The notes: generated by a model from the letters alone, not told the origin. DNA of 64,000 bases from Desulfurococcaceae archaeon (GCA_038888155.1 JAWAJB010000001.1:160001-224000), one strand, 5' to 3'; counted from the stretch's first letter, positions 48,423 to 58,614 are shown. Numbers and translations are program-made.

Positions 48423-49778
48423 GTGGATTTCATCGAGGAAGCACTTAAAAAGCATAGAATCTACGGGCTCGACGAGATCGAGGTATACAGCGTAGCTAGT
48501 AGAAGAATAAGCATCAACGCTAGTGCCGATAAAGTAAAAGAGCCTGCCCTAGTGAATACTGTAGTACACAGCGTGCGGGGAGCCACAGGCCATAAAGCCG
48601 GCAACGTTGCCATACGCGGAGATGTTGGAAAAGTCGAGGAAGTTATGAGTAGATTGAAAAGCGTAGTAAATGCTTCATCTGAGGATCGGGACTGGCCAGG
48701 CTTTCCGCCTGATTGCGGTGTTAACAAAGAGGTTATTTGCTACGACGATAAAACGGCTGAGCTCATGCAGGACGAGAAAGCATTGCTTGAGCTGTTCGCC
48801 GACATCATGGAGGAAACGAGGAGAAAGGTTGTAGAAGAGGGGGCCGTGAAAGCAAGTATAGTAAGCGCGTGGTGGTCTCTAGGAACTACAGATTACAGCA
48901 TAGCCAACAGCAATGGAGTTTACTACAGATCTCCCTGCACTTTTAACAATCTAGCAATTCAAGTGAAAGTGAGCACCGAGCGGGGCACATCTGATTGGAC
49001 ATTTTACTCAAATAACAGGAGAGTTGACTTAAAGGAGCTCTATGAGGCTATAGATCGGGAATCCGCAATCGCAGTTTTATTTGGAGGATCTAAGCCAGTT
49101 AAGAGCGGAAAGTACAACATCATACTTTACAACAACGTGTTAAGCAACCTACTGAGTGATGTATTGGTGCCTGCGCTTTCAGCGCTTAACGTGCTCCATA
49201 GGCGCAGTCCGCTGAGAGATAAATTGCAGCAGGCTATCTTCTCGGAGAAAATTTCACTGAGCGACGATCCAACGCTGAGGCTGGAGAGAGGGAGCAGGCC
49301 CTTCGATGATGAGGGGGTCTCTACTAATAGCAAAGCGCTAGTTGATAGGGGCACGCTTAAAAACTTCCTCCACAACTACTACACAAGCCGGAAGTTCAAC
49401 GCCCAGGGAAGCGGTAACGGATTCAGGCGCTCTCCTGAAGTGTCCCCCACTCCTATGCCGACAAACCTCGTCTTAAAGGGCGACAGCGGTAGCATAGAGG
49501 AGTTCATCAAGGAGACCTCAAGGGGGTTAGTTATTTACGATGTCATAGGGCAGTGGATGAGCAACCCCGTAACAGGCTACATAAAGGCGAACATTACCCA
49601 CGGGCTACTAGTAGAGAGCGGGGAAATCTCTCAAGCTGTGAAAGGATCAATAGTAGTTGGGAATATATACGAGTGGCTCGGCAACTCACTAGACAACCTC
49701 GGCTCGGATACAAAGGTGTACAGTGGAGTGGCTGCACCTTCAGCCGTAATAAGGTCTGTAGATGTGGGCGGTGAATAG
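48423..49778 (+). CDS. pmbA: TldE/PmbA subunit
   Basis: PFDDEG, GNG-R, PTNL; no HExxH; follows tldD. Confidence 0.9.
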   Translation: MDFIEEALKKHRIYGLDEIEVYSVASRRISINASADKVKEPALVNTVVHSVRGATGHKAGNVAIRGDVGKVEEVMSRLKSVVNASSEDRDWPGFPPDCGVNKEVICYDDKTAELMQDEKALLELFADIMEETRRKVVEEGAVKASIVSAWWSLGTTDYSIANSNGVYYRSPCTFNNLAIQVKVSTERGTSDWTFYSNNRRVDLKELYEAIDRESAIAVLFGGSKPVKSGKYNIILYNNVLSNLLSDVLVPALSALNVLHRRSPLRDKLQQAIFSEKISLSDDPTLRLERGSRPFDDEGVSTNSKALVDRGTLKNFLHNYYTSRKFNAQGSGNGFRRSPEVSPTPMPTNLVLKGDSGSIEEFIKETSRGLVIYDVIGQWMSNPVTGYIKANITHGLLVESGEISQAVKGSIVVGNIYEWLGNSLDNLGSDTKVYSGVAAPSAVIRSVDVGGE

Positions 49779-49787
49779 CCCTTTGTT

Positions 49788-50714
49788 CTAGTTCAGGTGC
49801 CGCAACTCAATAACGTCTCCGCTACTCAATCTATAAGTTCCTGTTTCTGTTTCAACAAGTAGGTCGCCAGCGTCTGTAACGTTCCTTGCTGTCCCAACGT
49901 GAATGCCATTCTTCGCAATTACTCTAACCTTTTTGCCGAGGGTCTCGAGGTACTCCAAGTAAGCTGACTGAACTTTCCTTATATCGTCAAAGAATTTCTC
50001 AGACTTCGTTAGAATACCGGCTATGTAGGCTATAATGCTGTTTCTTGGGATCAACCTATTAAGTAAGGACTTCAAACTAGTAGCCGTATCTAAGGGAGGG
50101 TCGTTATTTACGTTTATACCTACTCCTAGGTAGATCGCAATCTTACCTAAAATAACTTCGCCTTCAATCAGAAAGCCGGCTAATTTCCGCTCGCTGAATA
50201 TAATATCGTTTGGCCACTTAATTGCAGCTTTCACTCCTAACTTCTCATTTAGAAACTGGCAGATTGCCAGGGGAATGGCCATGGGTAAAAGTTGAGCGAC
50301 TTGCGGCCTAGTCTCAAATTTAGCTGTCATCCATATTCCTCCAAGATTGCTAAGCCATTTCTTGTTGTGGCGGCCGTAGCTCCTTATCTGGTGTTCTGCT
50401 AAAATTATGCTCCAAGGGGGATAGTGCTTCGCAACTATCATCGTAGAGCCCACTACGGGCCTGTAAATATAGTTCCATCCCCAAGGCTTTATGCTCAGGG
50501 GATTATCGCCAGCAAGCCACGAGATGCGCGATTTATCTTTATCAATAGTAATCATGAAGTTCTCGCTGAGTTCGTCAACTATTTCAACTATTTCGCTCTC
50601 GGGCAGGCCAAGTTCGCTTTCGAGCTCAGCTAATTGGGTGCGGCCTTTTTCGCCAAGAATTTTTAAGATCTCTAGTTTGAGTAGAAAGCGAGGGTCTAGT
50701 AAGTCTTGAGGCAT
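49788..50714 (-). CDS. birA: Biotin-protein ligase with N-terminal winged HTH
   Basis: N-terminal HTH, AEHQ--SYGR---W, KWPND, KLAG-L-E, G-GINV, SH3-like tail. Confidence 0.88.
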   Translation of the reverse strand: MPQDLLDPRFLLKLEILKILGEKGRTQLAELESELGLPESEIVEIVDELSENFMITIDKDKSRISWLAGDNPLSIKPWGWNYIYRPVVGSTMIVAKHYPPWSIILAEHQIRSYGRHNKKWLSNLGGIWMTAKFETRPQVAQLLPMAIPLAICQFLNEKLGVKAAIKWPNDIIFSERKLAGFLIEGEVILGKIAIYLGVGINVNNDPPLDTATSLKSLLNRLIPRNSIIAYIAGILTKSEKFFDDIRKVQSAYLEYLETLGKKVRVIAKNGIHVGTARNVTDAGDLLVETETGTYRLSSGDVIELRHLN

Positions 50715-51376
50715 TTTCTCATCCTGTACACTACTTTATCCATTCCAAGTAGGTTGGGCAAATCGGGGAAAAACTGCCTAAGAAAATCGTAAAGGTTAAC
50801 CACAGGTGCATTAGGCTTGCCGCTTCTTATTTCCACTAGTCCGTCTCTCCAAAGCTTTGAGAGACTTGTCAATAAGAGGCCCCTTATGTTCTCTGTTTCT
50901 ATTGAAGTGAGGTACTCTTGTTTGATGTAGTGCACTATAATTCCTGGGTTATCTCGATATTTCTCAAGCACTTCGCGATCTCTTTTAACAATGTGACAGG
51001 CAAGGCTTAATCCATAATCCGTTGAAGCTACTATGTACTTGTTTATGTCGTCGATGCTGTACCTTACCTGCCTTGGTATGTAGGGGAAGCCCCTACACAC
51101 AGAGGGCTTATACACGTAGTGCAGACGACACTTGTTTTCCTCTAGGAAGGGACAGCGGTTGTTCAGCAACTGCATGACGTAGCTCAGCGCTAGGTTTACG
51201 CCGCTTACAGCCTCGTAAATAGTGTAGCCATGTGTAAAGGTGACGCTTATATCCATTTCCTCAGCGAGCCTCTTGAGAACTGCCTCCTCGTGCGGCAGTA
51301 TGGAAATAGGAGACATCCTGCAACACAAACCGCATAGGTCGCATGAAAAAACTGGTAAGTGCTGTTTTTCTCCCAT
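50696..51376 (-). CDS. YkgJ-family CxxCxxCC cysteine-cluster protein
   Basis: CDLCGLCC, CPFL---C--H--KP--CR-FP. Confidence 0.88.
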   Translation of the reverse strand: MGEKQHLPVFSCDLCGLCCRMSPISILPHEEAVLKRLAEEMDISVTFTHGYTIYEAVSGVNLALSYVMQLLNNRCPFLEENKCRLHYVYKPSVCRGFPYIPRQVRYSIDDINKYIVASTDYGLSLACHIVKRDREVLEKYRDNPGIIVHYIKQEYLTSIETENIRGLLLTSLSKLWRDGLVEIRSGKPNAPVVNLYDFLRQFFPDLPNLLGMDKVVYRMRKCLKTY

Positions 51377-51391
51377 AAGCGCGGAGTCCCC

Positions 51392-51949
51392 TTACACAGT
51401 AGCGTAGTAGCCTGGAATTCTTTCACGATACAGCATTTTAACTCTTTCAACCCCTCCTATCCCTTCTATGTATTCGGATACTGGAGGTGGAACTAGCTCT
51501 TTCCACTTGCTGTCGCCGACGCTCATTAGCTTCCGTATTTTGGATCCGCTGTACACCTCGCGGTTGTACTTCGGTGGCTCAATGACGACGTATCCCTCCT
51601 CCTTGAAAAGCGTCTTAATAATGGGGTTTAACGTTAGAACTGCGTTAAAGTCTGGGCTGTACAACTTAACGTAGTGCACTGCTACTCTGCTAACCTCTAG
51701 AGTGGGTAAAGTTACATTTATAACCCTTGATAAATCGTGCGATCTCCACTTAAGAGTTCTTCTGATCATCTCGAGCCTCTCCCCAGCTGTGAAGGGGTTT
51801 TCTGGTGTATGGCTCTGGCTCGCCATTCCCACAACTATAATAACTTCATCGTATGAAAATAAGCAGCTCTCCACGGCGTAGAGGTGCCCATAGTGAAAGG
51901 GCTGAAACCTAGCTATTATTAAGCACCTATTTGCCATCGATTTCACCAA
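51392..51949 (-). CDS. nadM: Nicotinamide-nucleotide adenylyltransferase (NMNAT)
   Basis: RFQPFHYGH, SHT-ENPFTAGER, SGSKIR, W--LVP. Confidence 0.95.
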   Translation of the reverse strand: MVKSMANRCLIIARFQPFHYGHLYAVESCLFSYDEVIIVVGMASQSHTPENPFTAGERLEMIRRTLKWRSHDLSRVINVTLPTLEVSRVAVHYVKLYSPDFNAVLTLNPIIKTLFKEEGYVVIEPPKYNREVYSGSKIRKLMSVGDSKWKELVPPPVSEYIEGIGGVERVKMLYRERIPGYYATV

Positions 51950-51965
51950 TTATCAGATTATCGCA

Positions 51966-52068
51966 TATGTGGGTATATTAAGTTGCGATTTTATCCGCTG
52001 GAGACTCCAGGTTGCGATCTCAGAGCTCTTTAGGCTTGCAACTTTCGCGCTAATATACCGCCCACATA
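51966..52068. repeat. Interrupted long inverted repeat upstream of nadM
   Basis: TATGTGGG/CCCACATA, GTATATTA/TAATATAC and AGTTGC/GCAACT arms; inner CTGGA-gac-TCCAG hairpin. Confidence 0.75.
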
Positions 52069-52120
52069 GACAAATAAAAGTTTGCTTAGTATGGGTTAAA
52101 TTGGCGTAAACAGCGGCATT

Positions 52121-52501
52121 CTATACTGCCCTGCTTATCATAGAGGAGTGCTTCTCGAGCGCGGCAATTACCTCTTTAACCCGCTCCTTCTCTAAGCTGA
52201 CTATACATTGTTCGAGCAACTCCCTCTTGTACCTCTTGTACTCACTCTGCGAGAGCTCACCCCTAGATAGCATAGACTCAACTCTAGCAATGCATTCCCT
52301 CTCAATGCCCCTCCTCGCAACAATCATTGCGAATATATGTGGATATCTCTCGTCTACAGGTTTGATCTCAACGAACTTGTTAATCTCGGCCTTTATTGCG
52401 AGGTCTCTTACTTTCTCTAATTCCCTGGACTCGAAAATGTAGCAACCAAATTTTCTAAGCGCCTTTATCACTTTTTCGGATAAAGATAGAAGCTCGTTCA
52501 A
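52121..52501 (-). CDS. Hypothetical protein
   Basis: 126-aa ORF coupled to the upstream gene; two Cys in helical region. Confidence 0.7.
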   Translation of the reverse strand: MNELLSLSEKVIKALRKFGCYIFESRELEKVRDLAIKAEINKFVEIKPVDERYPHIFAMIVARRGIERECIARVESMLSRGELSQSEYKRYKRELLEQCIVSLEKERVKEVIAALEKHSSMISRAV

Positions 52502-52920
52502 GCTTCGTCGCCCAATTTCAATGTCTTGAATGGAATCCTAGTTGTCTGTAGCAAAATCCTAACTAGCCATGCGTACACGGGGTTTCCCTTGCTCTTGGTG
52601 ACGTACCCATCAATGTACTTTGCTCTATAGAGTAGTTCTCCGCGATAGCTATGTACTCCTATGTACCCTTTCACTTTACCCCTGAAGTTCTTAACAAATC
52701 TAGTGTATATGAGGAAGTCCCCTGGGTCTACGCTAACACTAACAACCCCTGCCTCCCCCCTCGAGTATATTGGCTTAATCTTCTCCCAAGAAAAGGGGCA
52801 CTTCTTGTAGAGGACAAGCCCTGTTCTCTTTTTGTAAACGTACAAGGTGCTGTACACTGTGTGCTTTTTACTCCTACTGTGAGATTGCTCTACCCTAAAT
52901 ACTGCTGCTACTTGGCTCAA
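52498..52920 (-). CDS. Basic, aromatic-rich beta protein, conserved crenarchaeal hypothetical
   Basis: HSRSKKH, KPIYSRG, FVKNFRGKVKG-I-V; AGGTG SD. Confidence 0.7.
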   Translation of the reverse strand: MSQVAAVFRVEQSHSRSKKHTVYSTLYVYKKRTGLVLYKKCPFSWEKIKPIYSRGEAGVVSVSVDPGDFLIYTRFVKNFRGKVKGYIGVHSYRGELLYRAKYIDGYVTKSKGNPVYAWLVRILLQTTRIPFKTLKLGDEA

Positions 52921-52944
52921 AACAGTGCACCTACAGCTCTGCAG

Positions 52945-53190
52945 TTATCCGTGTATGTAGAGAAGCCCATTTTCCTTGACCTCTACTGTCAACGACTTTG
53001 CGTCAACTATTAGCGATATATACTCGTGAAACAACTGCTTGCTTAGCCTGACCTCGCCAGCTTTAATAACTACCTGTTTTACGCTAGAGTAGGTTTTTTC
53101 CTCTACGAGTTTCCCATGATCGTCATATATGTACAGCCCTATATCGTACTCCTCGAATTTAGGTTTAAGGTATAAAATCAACTTAGGCAA
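52945..53190 (-). CDS. Small hypothetical protein
   Basis: 81-aa ORF with GGGGT SD heading a three-gene run. Confidence 0.65.
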   Translation of the reverse strand: MPKLILYLKPKFEEYDIGLYIYDDHGKLVEEKTYSSVKQVVIKAGEVRLSKQLFHEYISLIVDAKSLTVEVKENGLLYIHG

Positions 53191-53384
53191 ATCGGTACCC
53201 CTACTTCTACACCCACAATATAAGTAATATTTTTTACGCTGTTATAGCTCTCGTTCGCGCGCTTAGGGACTGAGAGAAGCCATGCCGACAAGCGCTTGAA
53301 TGCAGCACTAGACAAAGAGGGGCGCCTCAAGGTTTAAGTAAAAAAGAGTTGTTTATCCTATGGCAACAAACGAGCAGAGAGTGC

Positions 53385-53573
53385 TTACTTCTTGGATATC
53401 CAGCCTTCTTCAACTCTCTCGACGCGGCCTTCTTTCCTCAGGTCGTGAAGCCTTGCCCTGATAGTGTTGTAGTTTATGCCTGTAAGCTTTGCTATTTCCT
53501 TTGGCATTAATGGCTTGCTCTGCTGCTTAAGAAACTCGAGCAGTTTCTCCTTTACTGTTTTAGCCTCGCTCAT
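53385..53573 (-). CDS. Small basic winged-HTH DNA-binding protein (62 aa)
   Basis: MSEAKTVKEKLLEFLK...PKEIAKLTGINYNTIRARLHDLRKEGRVERVEEGW. ATG 53573 after GGGGA is preferred over the 163-aa ORF-track call, which overlaps the divergent gene. Confidence 0.85.
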   Translation of the reverse strand: MSEAKTVKEKLLEFLKQQSKPLMPKEIAKLTGINYNTIRARLHDLRKEGRVERVEEGWISKK

Positions 53574-53759
53574 TGAGATCCCCAAAAGGAAGATCGTGTT
53601 ATGAGGGTTTATAAAGGTGACTTGCGCGCGTTCAGCAATTATTTCAATTTTGATAGCTCTAAACGCCCATTCTGATAGGTCAATCCCATATTTCCTTAAT
53701 AAACCTAGATAACTTAATGTAAGAAAAAGCCCGTTGCGCTTTAGTAAAGGTGAACGTAG

Positions 53760-54701
53760 TTGCACGCCATTATCGCCCACACAGATATAGATGGAGTAGC
53801 GGCTGCTGCGCTGTATTTGTACTTGACAGGGGCTCAAGAGTATAGGCTGTTCTTCACAGAGCCTTTCTTGCTTCATCGAGCATTGGACAGAGTATCATCT
53901 GCATATTACGATCAAGTTGTAATAGTAGATCTAGGCATTAATCCCCTAGTGTACGAAAAAGTCCTCAACTATATTTCCTTACTGAGAAAACACGACATTG
54001 AAGTTTCGTGGTATGATCATCACGTGTGGGAAGATGCTTGGATCAATGACCTTACAGGCCTAGGAGTGAAGCTGCTACTGGATAGGTCAACTTGTGCTAC
54101 AGGTGTTGTAGCAAATTACGCAATGCCAACTCGCTTGAGTACAGAAAATGACTTCGTGAGAGAGCTAGTGAGGGGGGTCTGCGCTGGCGACTTGTGGACA
54201 TTCGACCACTGGCTTGGACCATACTACATAAGGCTTGTGAGGAGGGGCGACAAAGATCCGTGGAGAAAGCACGTAGTAAGCGTGTTTACCAGCGGCAAAT
54301 ACTGGAGTAGCGAGTTCGAGAGCAAGGTAGAAGAGCACATAAGTAAAGAGCTCTCAGTGCTCTCATCTAAATCCTCGCAAAACTTAGTCGTGAGAAGCGT
54401 AAGCGGTCTAAAGATCGTAGTTGCCGAGAGCAGCAGTGAGGTGGAGAACAGCTTCCTTGCATCATACATGTTGGGCAGACTCAACGCAGACATTGTAGTA
54501 CTCGTAGCCGATGACGGAAAGCTTAGCTTTAGAAGCAGGGGCATAAATATAAGAGATCTTGCCCTTAAGCTAGGCGGAGGGGGGCACTTATATGCCTCTG
54601 GGGCGAAAGTTGAAATACCTAGGCTAATAAAGCTGTTCACAAAAATAAGCAGGAAAATCCTTTTAAACTACATCGCCGAGCTTGTAGTGCGATGCATTTA
54701 G
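53760..54701 (+). CDS. DHH/DHHA1-family phosphoesterase
   Basis: HTDIDG, VDLG, YDHH, CATG, SFRS, GGGH--ASG. Confidence 0.92.
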   Translation: MHAIIAHTDIDGVAAAALYLYLTGAQEYRLFFTEPFLLHRALDRVSSAYYDQVVIVDLGINPLVYEKVLNYISLLRKHDIEVSWYDHHVWEDAWINDLTGLGVKLLLDRSTCATGVVANYAMPTRLSTENDFVRELVRGVCAGDLWTFDHWLGPYYIRLVRRGDKDPWRKHVVSVFTSGKYWSSEFESKVEEHISKELSVLSSKSSQNLVVRSVSGLKIVVAESSSEVENSFLASYMLGRLNADIVVLVADDGKLSFRSRGINIRDLALKLGGGGHLYASGAKVEIPRLIKLFTKISRKILLNYIAELVVRCI

Positions 54702-54706
54702 CGGGC

Positions 54707-55264
54707 TCACTGGCAAATTTTCGGCAATAAGATGACTGCTCCATCGCTTGCCCTGACTACTAACCCCCTATTGAAGCTGTAAAAAACGCACGCTATTGAG
54801 GCTATGATAGAATCTCTCTCGTGCTTAGTGGCTCTACTTGGTATACTAATTCCTAATGAGCCGAGCAGTTCCTCTAAGGACTCGCAGCCGCTTGACTTTA
54901 GACAACTGCTGGGGTGAGTCTCTACAGCTTCTGCCCCCAAACCTCGAATAGCTTCAACTAGCCTAGAGGCTCTAGCCGTAAGAGCTCTCATAGCGCTCCA
55001 GCTAGGAGGTAGGACGTTGAATCCCATTCTTTTCAACTTTAAGTCTACTTCACGGTAATTGCCCCTCAGCGGAAGGGAGAGAGGGGAATCTACGGCAACT
55101 AGGGATGCCTTATACCTAATCGCGGTTTCTAGTATTTCTCTATCTTTGTACAGCTTAGCAGTTTTAATTATTTTTATATCTAGAGGATCATCTGAAAATG
55201 CTAGCGTAACGCCGCTGATTCTAGTCTCACTTGCTGCTAAATCAATCCCCGCGCAAATTACCAT
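54707..55264 (-). CDS. DUF429 predicted RNase H-fold nuclease
   Basis: GIDLAA, AVDSPLSLP, R-VD, ETHP, HERD. Confidence 0.85.
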   Translation of the reverse strand: MVICAGIDLAASETRISGVTLAFSDDPLDIKIIKTAKLYKDREILETAIRYKASLVAVDSPLSLPLRGNYREVDLKLKRMGFNVLPPSWSAMRALTARASRLVEAIRGLGAEAVETHPSSCLKSSGCESLEELLGSLGISIPSRATKHERDSIIASIACVFYSFNRGLVVRASDGAVILLPKICQ

Positions 55265-56646
55265 TTTACCTTGCTACCCCTAGTATACCCTATTGAGTCA
55301 ACGTACTCCTCGATTAGCTTGTTTGCTCTAATAAGCCAGCTATTAAACTCGCCAGGGTGCTTCGGGTACAGTGTAGAGTACAGCTCTCGTGCCCTATCCA
55401 TGTAGTTCTTGACTGATCTCAGCCTGTTTAGTAAGCTCGGCTTTCCAATTAGTTTTACAAGTATTAACACTGAGTGCACTATTTTATCGGCGAGATCGCC
55501 CTTAGTGCCAATATCGTAGACTAAACTCCCATCTACAACCCTATTCTCAATAATCCACTCGTAGTCGCTGTTACTTAGCTTTTGCATGAACATCCTAAGT
55601 ACATCGAGCGCCGCTTGTTTGGCACCGTAAGAGAACATGTAATCTACATTTGCTCTCCACATTAGCTCTTCACTCACTTTTCCAGCTTCAAGGGCCTCGC
55701 TGAGATATTTGGAAACAACGTGAGAAGATAGCATTGATGATCCTATTCCGCCGCCGTGAACTGGGTTCACAGTGTAGGCAGCGTCTCCTACTGTACAAAC
55801 GTTTCTCCACACGAGCGTTGGCAAAGGCCTCCTCGTAGGAACTACGCCGCCGCCTGCGTGTAGGGGCTTTCCCCTAAACTTGGGCTTTAAGTATTTCACG
55901 AACATGTGCTGCGGGTTATAGCTCCCGTTCATTACTACGCCAAGCCCTACGTTAACGACCAAGCCATTGCTGCTCTTAGGGAAAAGCCACCAGTAGCCTC
56001 CAGGGGCGATTTCAGTGTTTATGTATATATCCGCGTAGTTAGCGTCGGCGATGTTCAGCGATTGTTCTAGCTCTATAATCTCTCTATAGGCTATATTGTA
56101 ATCCGTTACATAGGGTCTCTCGGAGATAGGCCATTCGACGGGGAGCTTGCTCCTAATAGCTGGCTTATACCCAGAGGCGTCAATGAACGCGCTAGCTTCA
56201 AGCTCTGCGCTGCTGCCGCTAATGCTCCTCGCCTTAACGCTCTTGAGGGCGTCCTCCTTTAAGGTTATGTCCACAACTACATGTCTATCAAACAGCTCAA
56301 CGCCCTTATCGAGCGCCTGCTTTAAGAGCCACTGGCCGAACTTCTGCCTGTTAACGCTTACGCCCTCTCCTGGCACAACTATGCTGTGCTTCCCAGTTGG
56401 GCTGAATATCCGTACCCCGCGATACCTGTGGTCCAGAAGGCTGTCTGGCACCTGAAGGCCTAGCTCGGTGAAGTGGTGGACCCCTATTGCATCCCCGCAA
56501 ACTCTATCGCCAATTCTTTCCCTTTGCTTGCTCTCAACTAATGCTACTCTCCACCCAAGAGAGGCAAGATGCAGCGAAGCGTAGAGTCCCGCAACGCCTG
56601 CGCCAACAACAACTACATCATATTTTGCACTCACAGAGCCCACCAC
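55258..56646 (-). CDS. Geranylgeranyl / digeranylgeranylglycerophospholipid reductase
   Basis: GAGVAG FAD motif, VCGDA, PGGYWWLFPK, GDAA--VNPVHGGG. Confidence 0.9.
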   Translation of the reverse strand: MVGSVSAKYDVVVVGAGVAGLYASLHLASLGWRVALVESKQRERIGDRVCGDAIGVHHFTELGLQVPDSLLDHRYRGVRIFSPTGKHSIVVPGEGVSVNRQKFGQWLLKQALDKGVELFDRHVVVDITLKEDALKSVKARSISGSSAELEASAFIDASGYKPAIRSKLPVEWPISERPYVTDYNIAYREIIELEQSLNIADANYADIYINTEIAPGGYWWLFPKSSNGLVVNVGLGVVMNGSYNPQHMFVKYLKPKFRGKPLHAGGGVVPTRRPLPTLVWRNVCTVGDAAYTVNPVHGGGIGSSMLSSHVVSKYLSEALEAGKVSEELMWRANVDYMFSYGAKQAALDVLRMFMQKLSNSDYEWIIENRVVDGSLVYDIGTKGDLADKIVHSVLILVKLIGKPSLLNRLRSVKNYMDRARELYSTLYPKHPGEFNSWLIRANKLIEEYVDSIGYTRGSKVKW

Positions 56647-56705
56647 TGTTAGAGGACAAGTACTAAGCTAATAAACTATCTGAGGCAGCGTTTATTCAAG
56701 TAACA

Positions 56706-58232
56706 CTAGGGAAAAATCTTGATTAACATTCCCTCAACTAATACTGGCTGAATTTCCCTTAGGAGAGAAATGGCTTCCTCTAGGCGCGATTCGCTGTTAC
56801 TGTACAGGGTCAACAGGGGATCTCCCTTGTTGACCCTGTAGCCGACCTTAGCGTGTAGCTCTATCCCAGCTCCTTTGTCGTGGGGGGCACCGCACACTCT
56901 AGCAATTAGCGTGACATGCGAGTTGTCGATGTGAGTTACAGCCCCTTCAATGGGTGAGGTAATAGTGTAAGTGTACTTTCCCACGGGGATGTCTTCGGGC
57001 TTTACGCTTGGATTCCCTCCCTGTGCCTCAATTATTTCTTTAAACTTCTCGTATGCTTTACCGCTCATGAAGATCTCCTTGGCTACGTCAAAGCCCTGCC
57101 CAACCGCTGTTTTTCCGCCGAGCTCTAAAACCAAGCCCGCTAGGAGCAGCGCCTTTTCTATGAAGCTCTTGCTGCCTCGCCTCTCAATATGGGCCTTAAG
57201 CGCCTCTCTCGCCTCTAAAGCAGGGCCTACGCACATCCCAATTGGCTGTCCCCCGTATGTTAGGGCGGCCTTTATTGCAATATTAAGTAGTCCAGCTTGC
57301 TTGATGAACATCGATGAGAGTTGCTCTGCTCCCTTAATATCCTCTACCTTTGTTCCGCGCCCTATTGGGATATCAACTACCAGCCTCTCAATTCCCATTG
57401 CAAGCTTCTTTGAGAGTATGCTCGCAATCATCTGTTGATCTGGATCTATCGCTAGCTTTTTCTCTATGTTCACAAATATGTCGTCGGCAGGCGCTAATCC
57501 CAACTTTCCGCCCCAAACAAGGGAGCCCTTTACCTTCCTCACTACTTCAACGATTTCCTCAACAGTTAAATCTACTCGTGCAAGAACCTCCATGGTATCA
57601 GCTGTTCCCGATGGACTTACAATGGCGCGACTGCTAGTTTTAGGTATTAAAAGCCCAGTAGAAGCAACTATAGGCACCGATAAAAGAGCTACCTTGCTGT
57701 TTCCAGGTACGCCTCCTATGCTGTGTATGTCATAAGCAGTTTCTTCAAACCTAACTTTTGTGCCTGCTTCAACCATAGCTTTAATTAAGTATGAGACCTC
57801 CTCGTCGCTTAGCGGGCTGTAGAGCTGGCTCACTAGAAAAGAGGCTATTTCGGCCTCGCCGTACAACCCGCTGACAATGTCCCTAATTAGCAAGAGAAAC
57901 TCTACCTCGCTGAGCCTTTCCCCTCGAAGCTTTTTCTTGAGCGCGGCAAAGCTTTGAGGTATTCCAACAGCTCTTATGCCAATAGTGTTGCCCTCGCTGA
58001 CGCCCAAGCGATGGGAAAGCTCCCTTGAAACTGCGCATTCCCCCCTCGATACAATAGACCCACTTATCATTACTATAGCTGATTGATGTAGAGTTCCTGA
58101 TGTAAGTAAAACTAAATTACCAGGCGTAATTCCCTGATCAACAGCGTCGTGTTCATTCATAACAACAATGGGCTGTACGTGATTTACGTCGAGCACTTTT
58201 ACTCTATATGTTTTCTGCGCTTTCTTTCCCAC
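56706..58232 (-). CDS. AMP phosphorylase (thymidine phosphorylase family)
   Basis: N-terminal extra domain, DIHSIGGVPGN, PKTSSRAI-SPSGTAD, LAPADD, GPALEA. Confidence 0.93.
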   Translation of the reverse strand: MGKKAQKTYRVKVLDVNHVQPIVVMNEHDAVDQGITPGNLVLLTSGTLHQSAIVMISGSIVSRGECAVSRELSHRLGVSEGNTIGIRAVGIPQSFAALKKKLRGERLSEVEFLLLIRDIVSGLYGEAEIASFLVSQLYSPLSDEEVSYLIKAMVEAGTKVRFEETAYDIHSIGGVPGNSKVALLSVPIVASTGLLIPKTSSRAIVSPSGTADTMEVLARVDLTVEEIVEVVRKVKGSLVWGGKLGLAPADDIFVNIEKKLAIDPDQQMIASILSKKLAMGIERLVVDIPIGRGTKVEDIKGAEQLSSMFIKQAGLLNIAIKAALTYGGQPIGMCVGPALEAREALKAHIERRGSKSFIEKALLLAGLVLELGGKTAVGQGFDVAKEIFMSGKAYEKFKEIIEAQGGNPSVKPEDIPVGKYTYTITSPIEGAVTHIDNSHVTLIARVCGAPHDKGAGIELHAKVGYRVNKGDPLLTLYSNSESRLEEAISLLREIQPVLVEGMLIKIFP

Positions 58233-58296
58233 AAAACTCCCCCAACACGCTGGAGTCTATTCCCTAAATGCCCTTAAAAATACCTTACTGAGCTCC

Positions 58297-58500
58297 TCAG
58301 TTGCTCGAGCGCGCTGCTTCTTTCTTTAATTTCTCAATGCGCTTAAGTAAATCCTCCTTATCGATCTCGCCCTTATCCCCCTCGATCATATCCCTGAGGA
58401 CTGATCTTGCAAGCTCCCTAGTGGCTGGGTCTAAATCCTTTAGCGCTTCCTCGATTGCTTTTCTCTTGCCCCTGTTAGGCTTGTAGAGAGACATCTTCAT
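58297..58500 (-). CDS. Small charged helical hypothetical protein
   Basis: 67-aa ORF with GAGGA upstream, co-oriented with AMP phosphorylase. Confidence 0.55.
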   Translation of the reverse strand: MKMSLYKPNRGKRKAIEEALKDLDPATRELARSVLRDMIEGDKGEIDKEDLLKRIEKLKKEAARSSN

Positions 58501-58614
58501 TCCTCAACAGTAGATAATAAATAGCTCCCTCAAATATTAGTTGTATTGGACGGCAATTATTTCGCTTTGCTTAAATAGTGTTGCAGGTCAACCTGTTAGG
58601 CGCGGTGGATTTAA

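Noticed and set aside
53574-53876. N-terminal extension of the 163-aa ORF 53385..53876
   Set aside because: It overlaps the divergent DHH gene and promoter region; the real wHTH most likely starts at ATG 53573.
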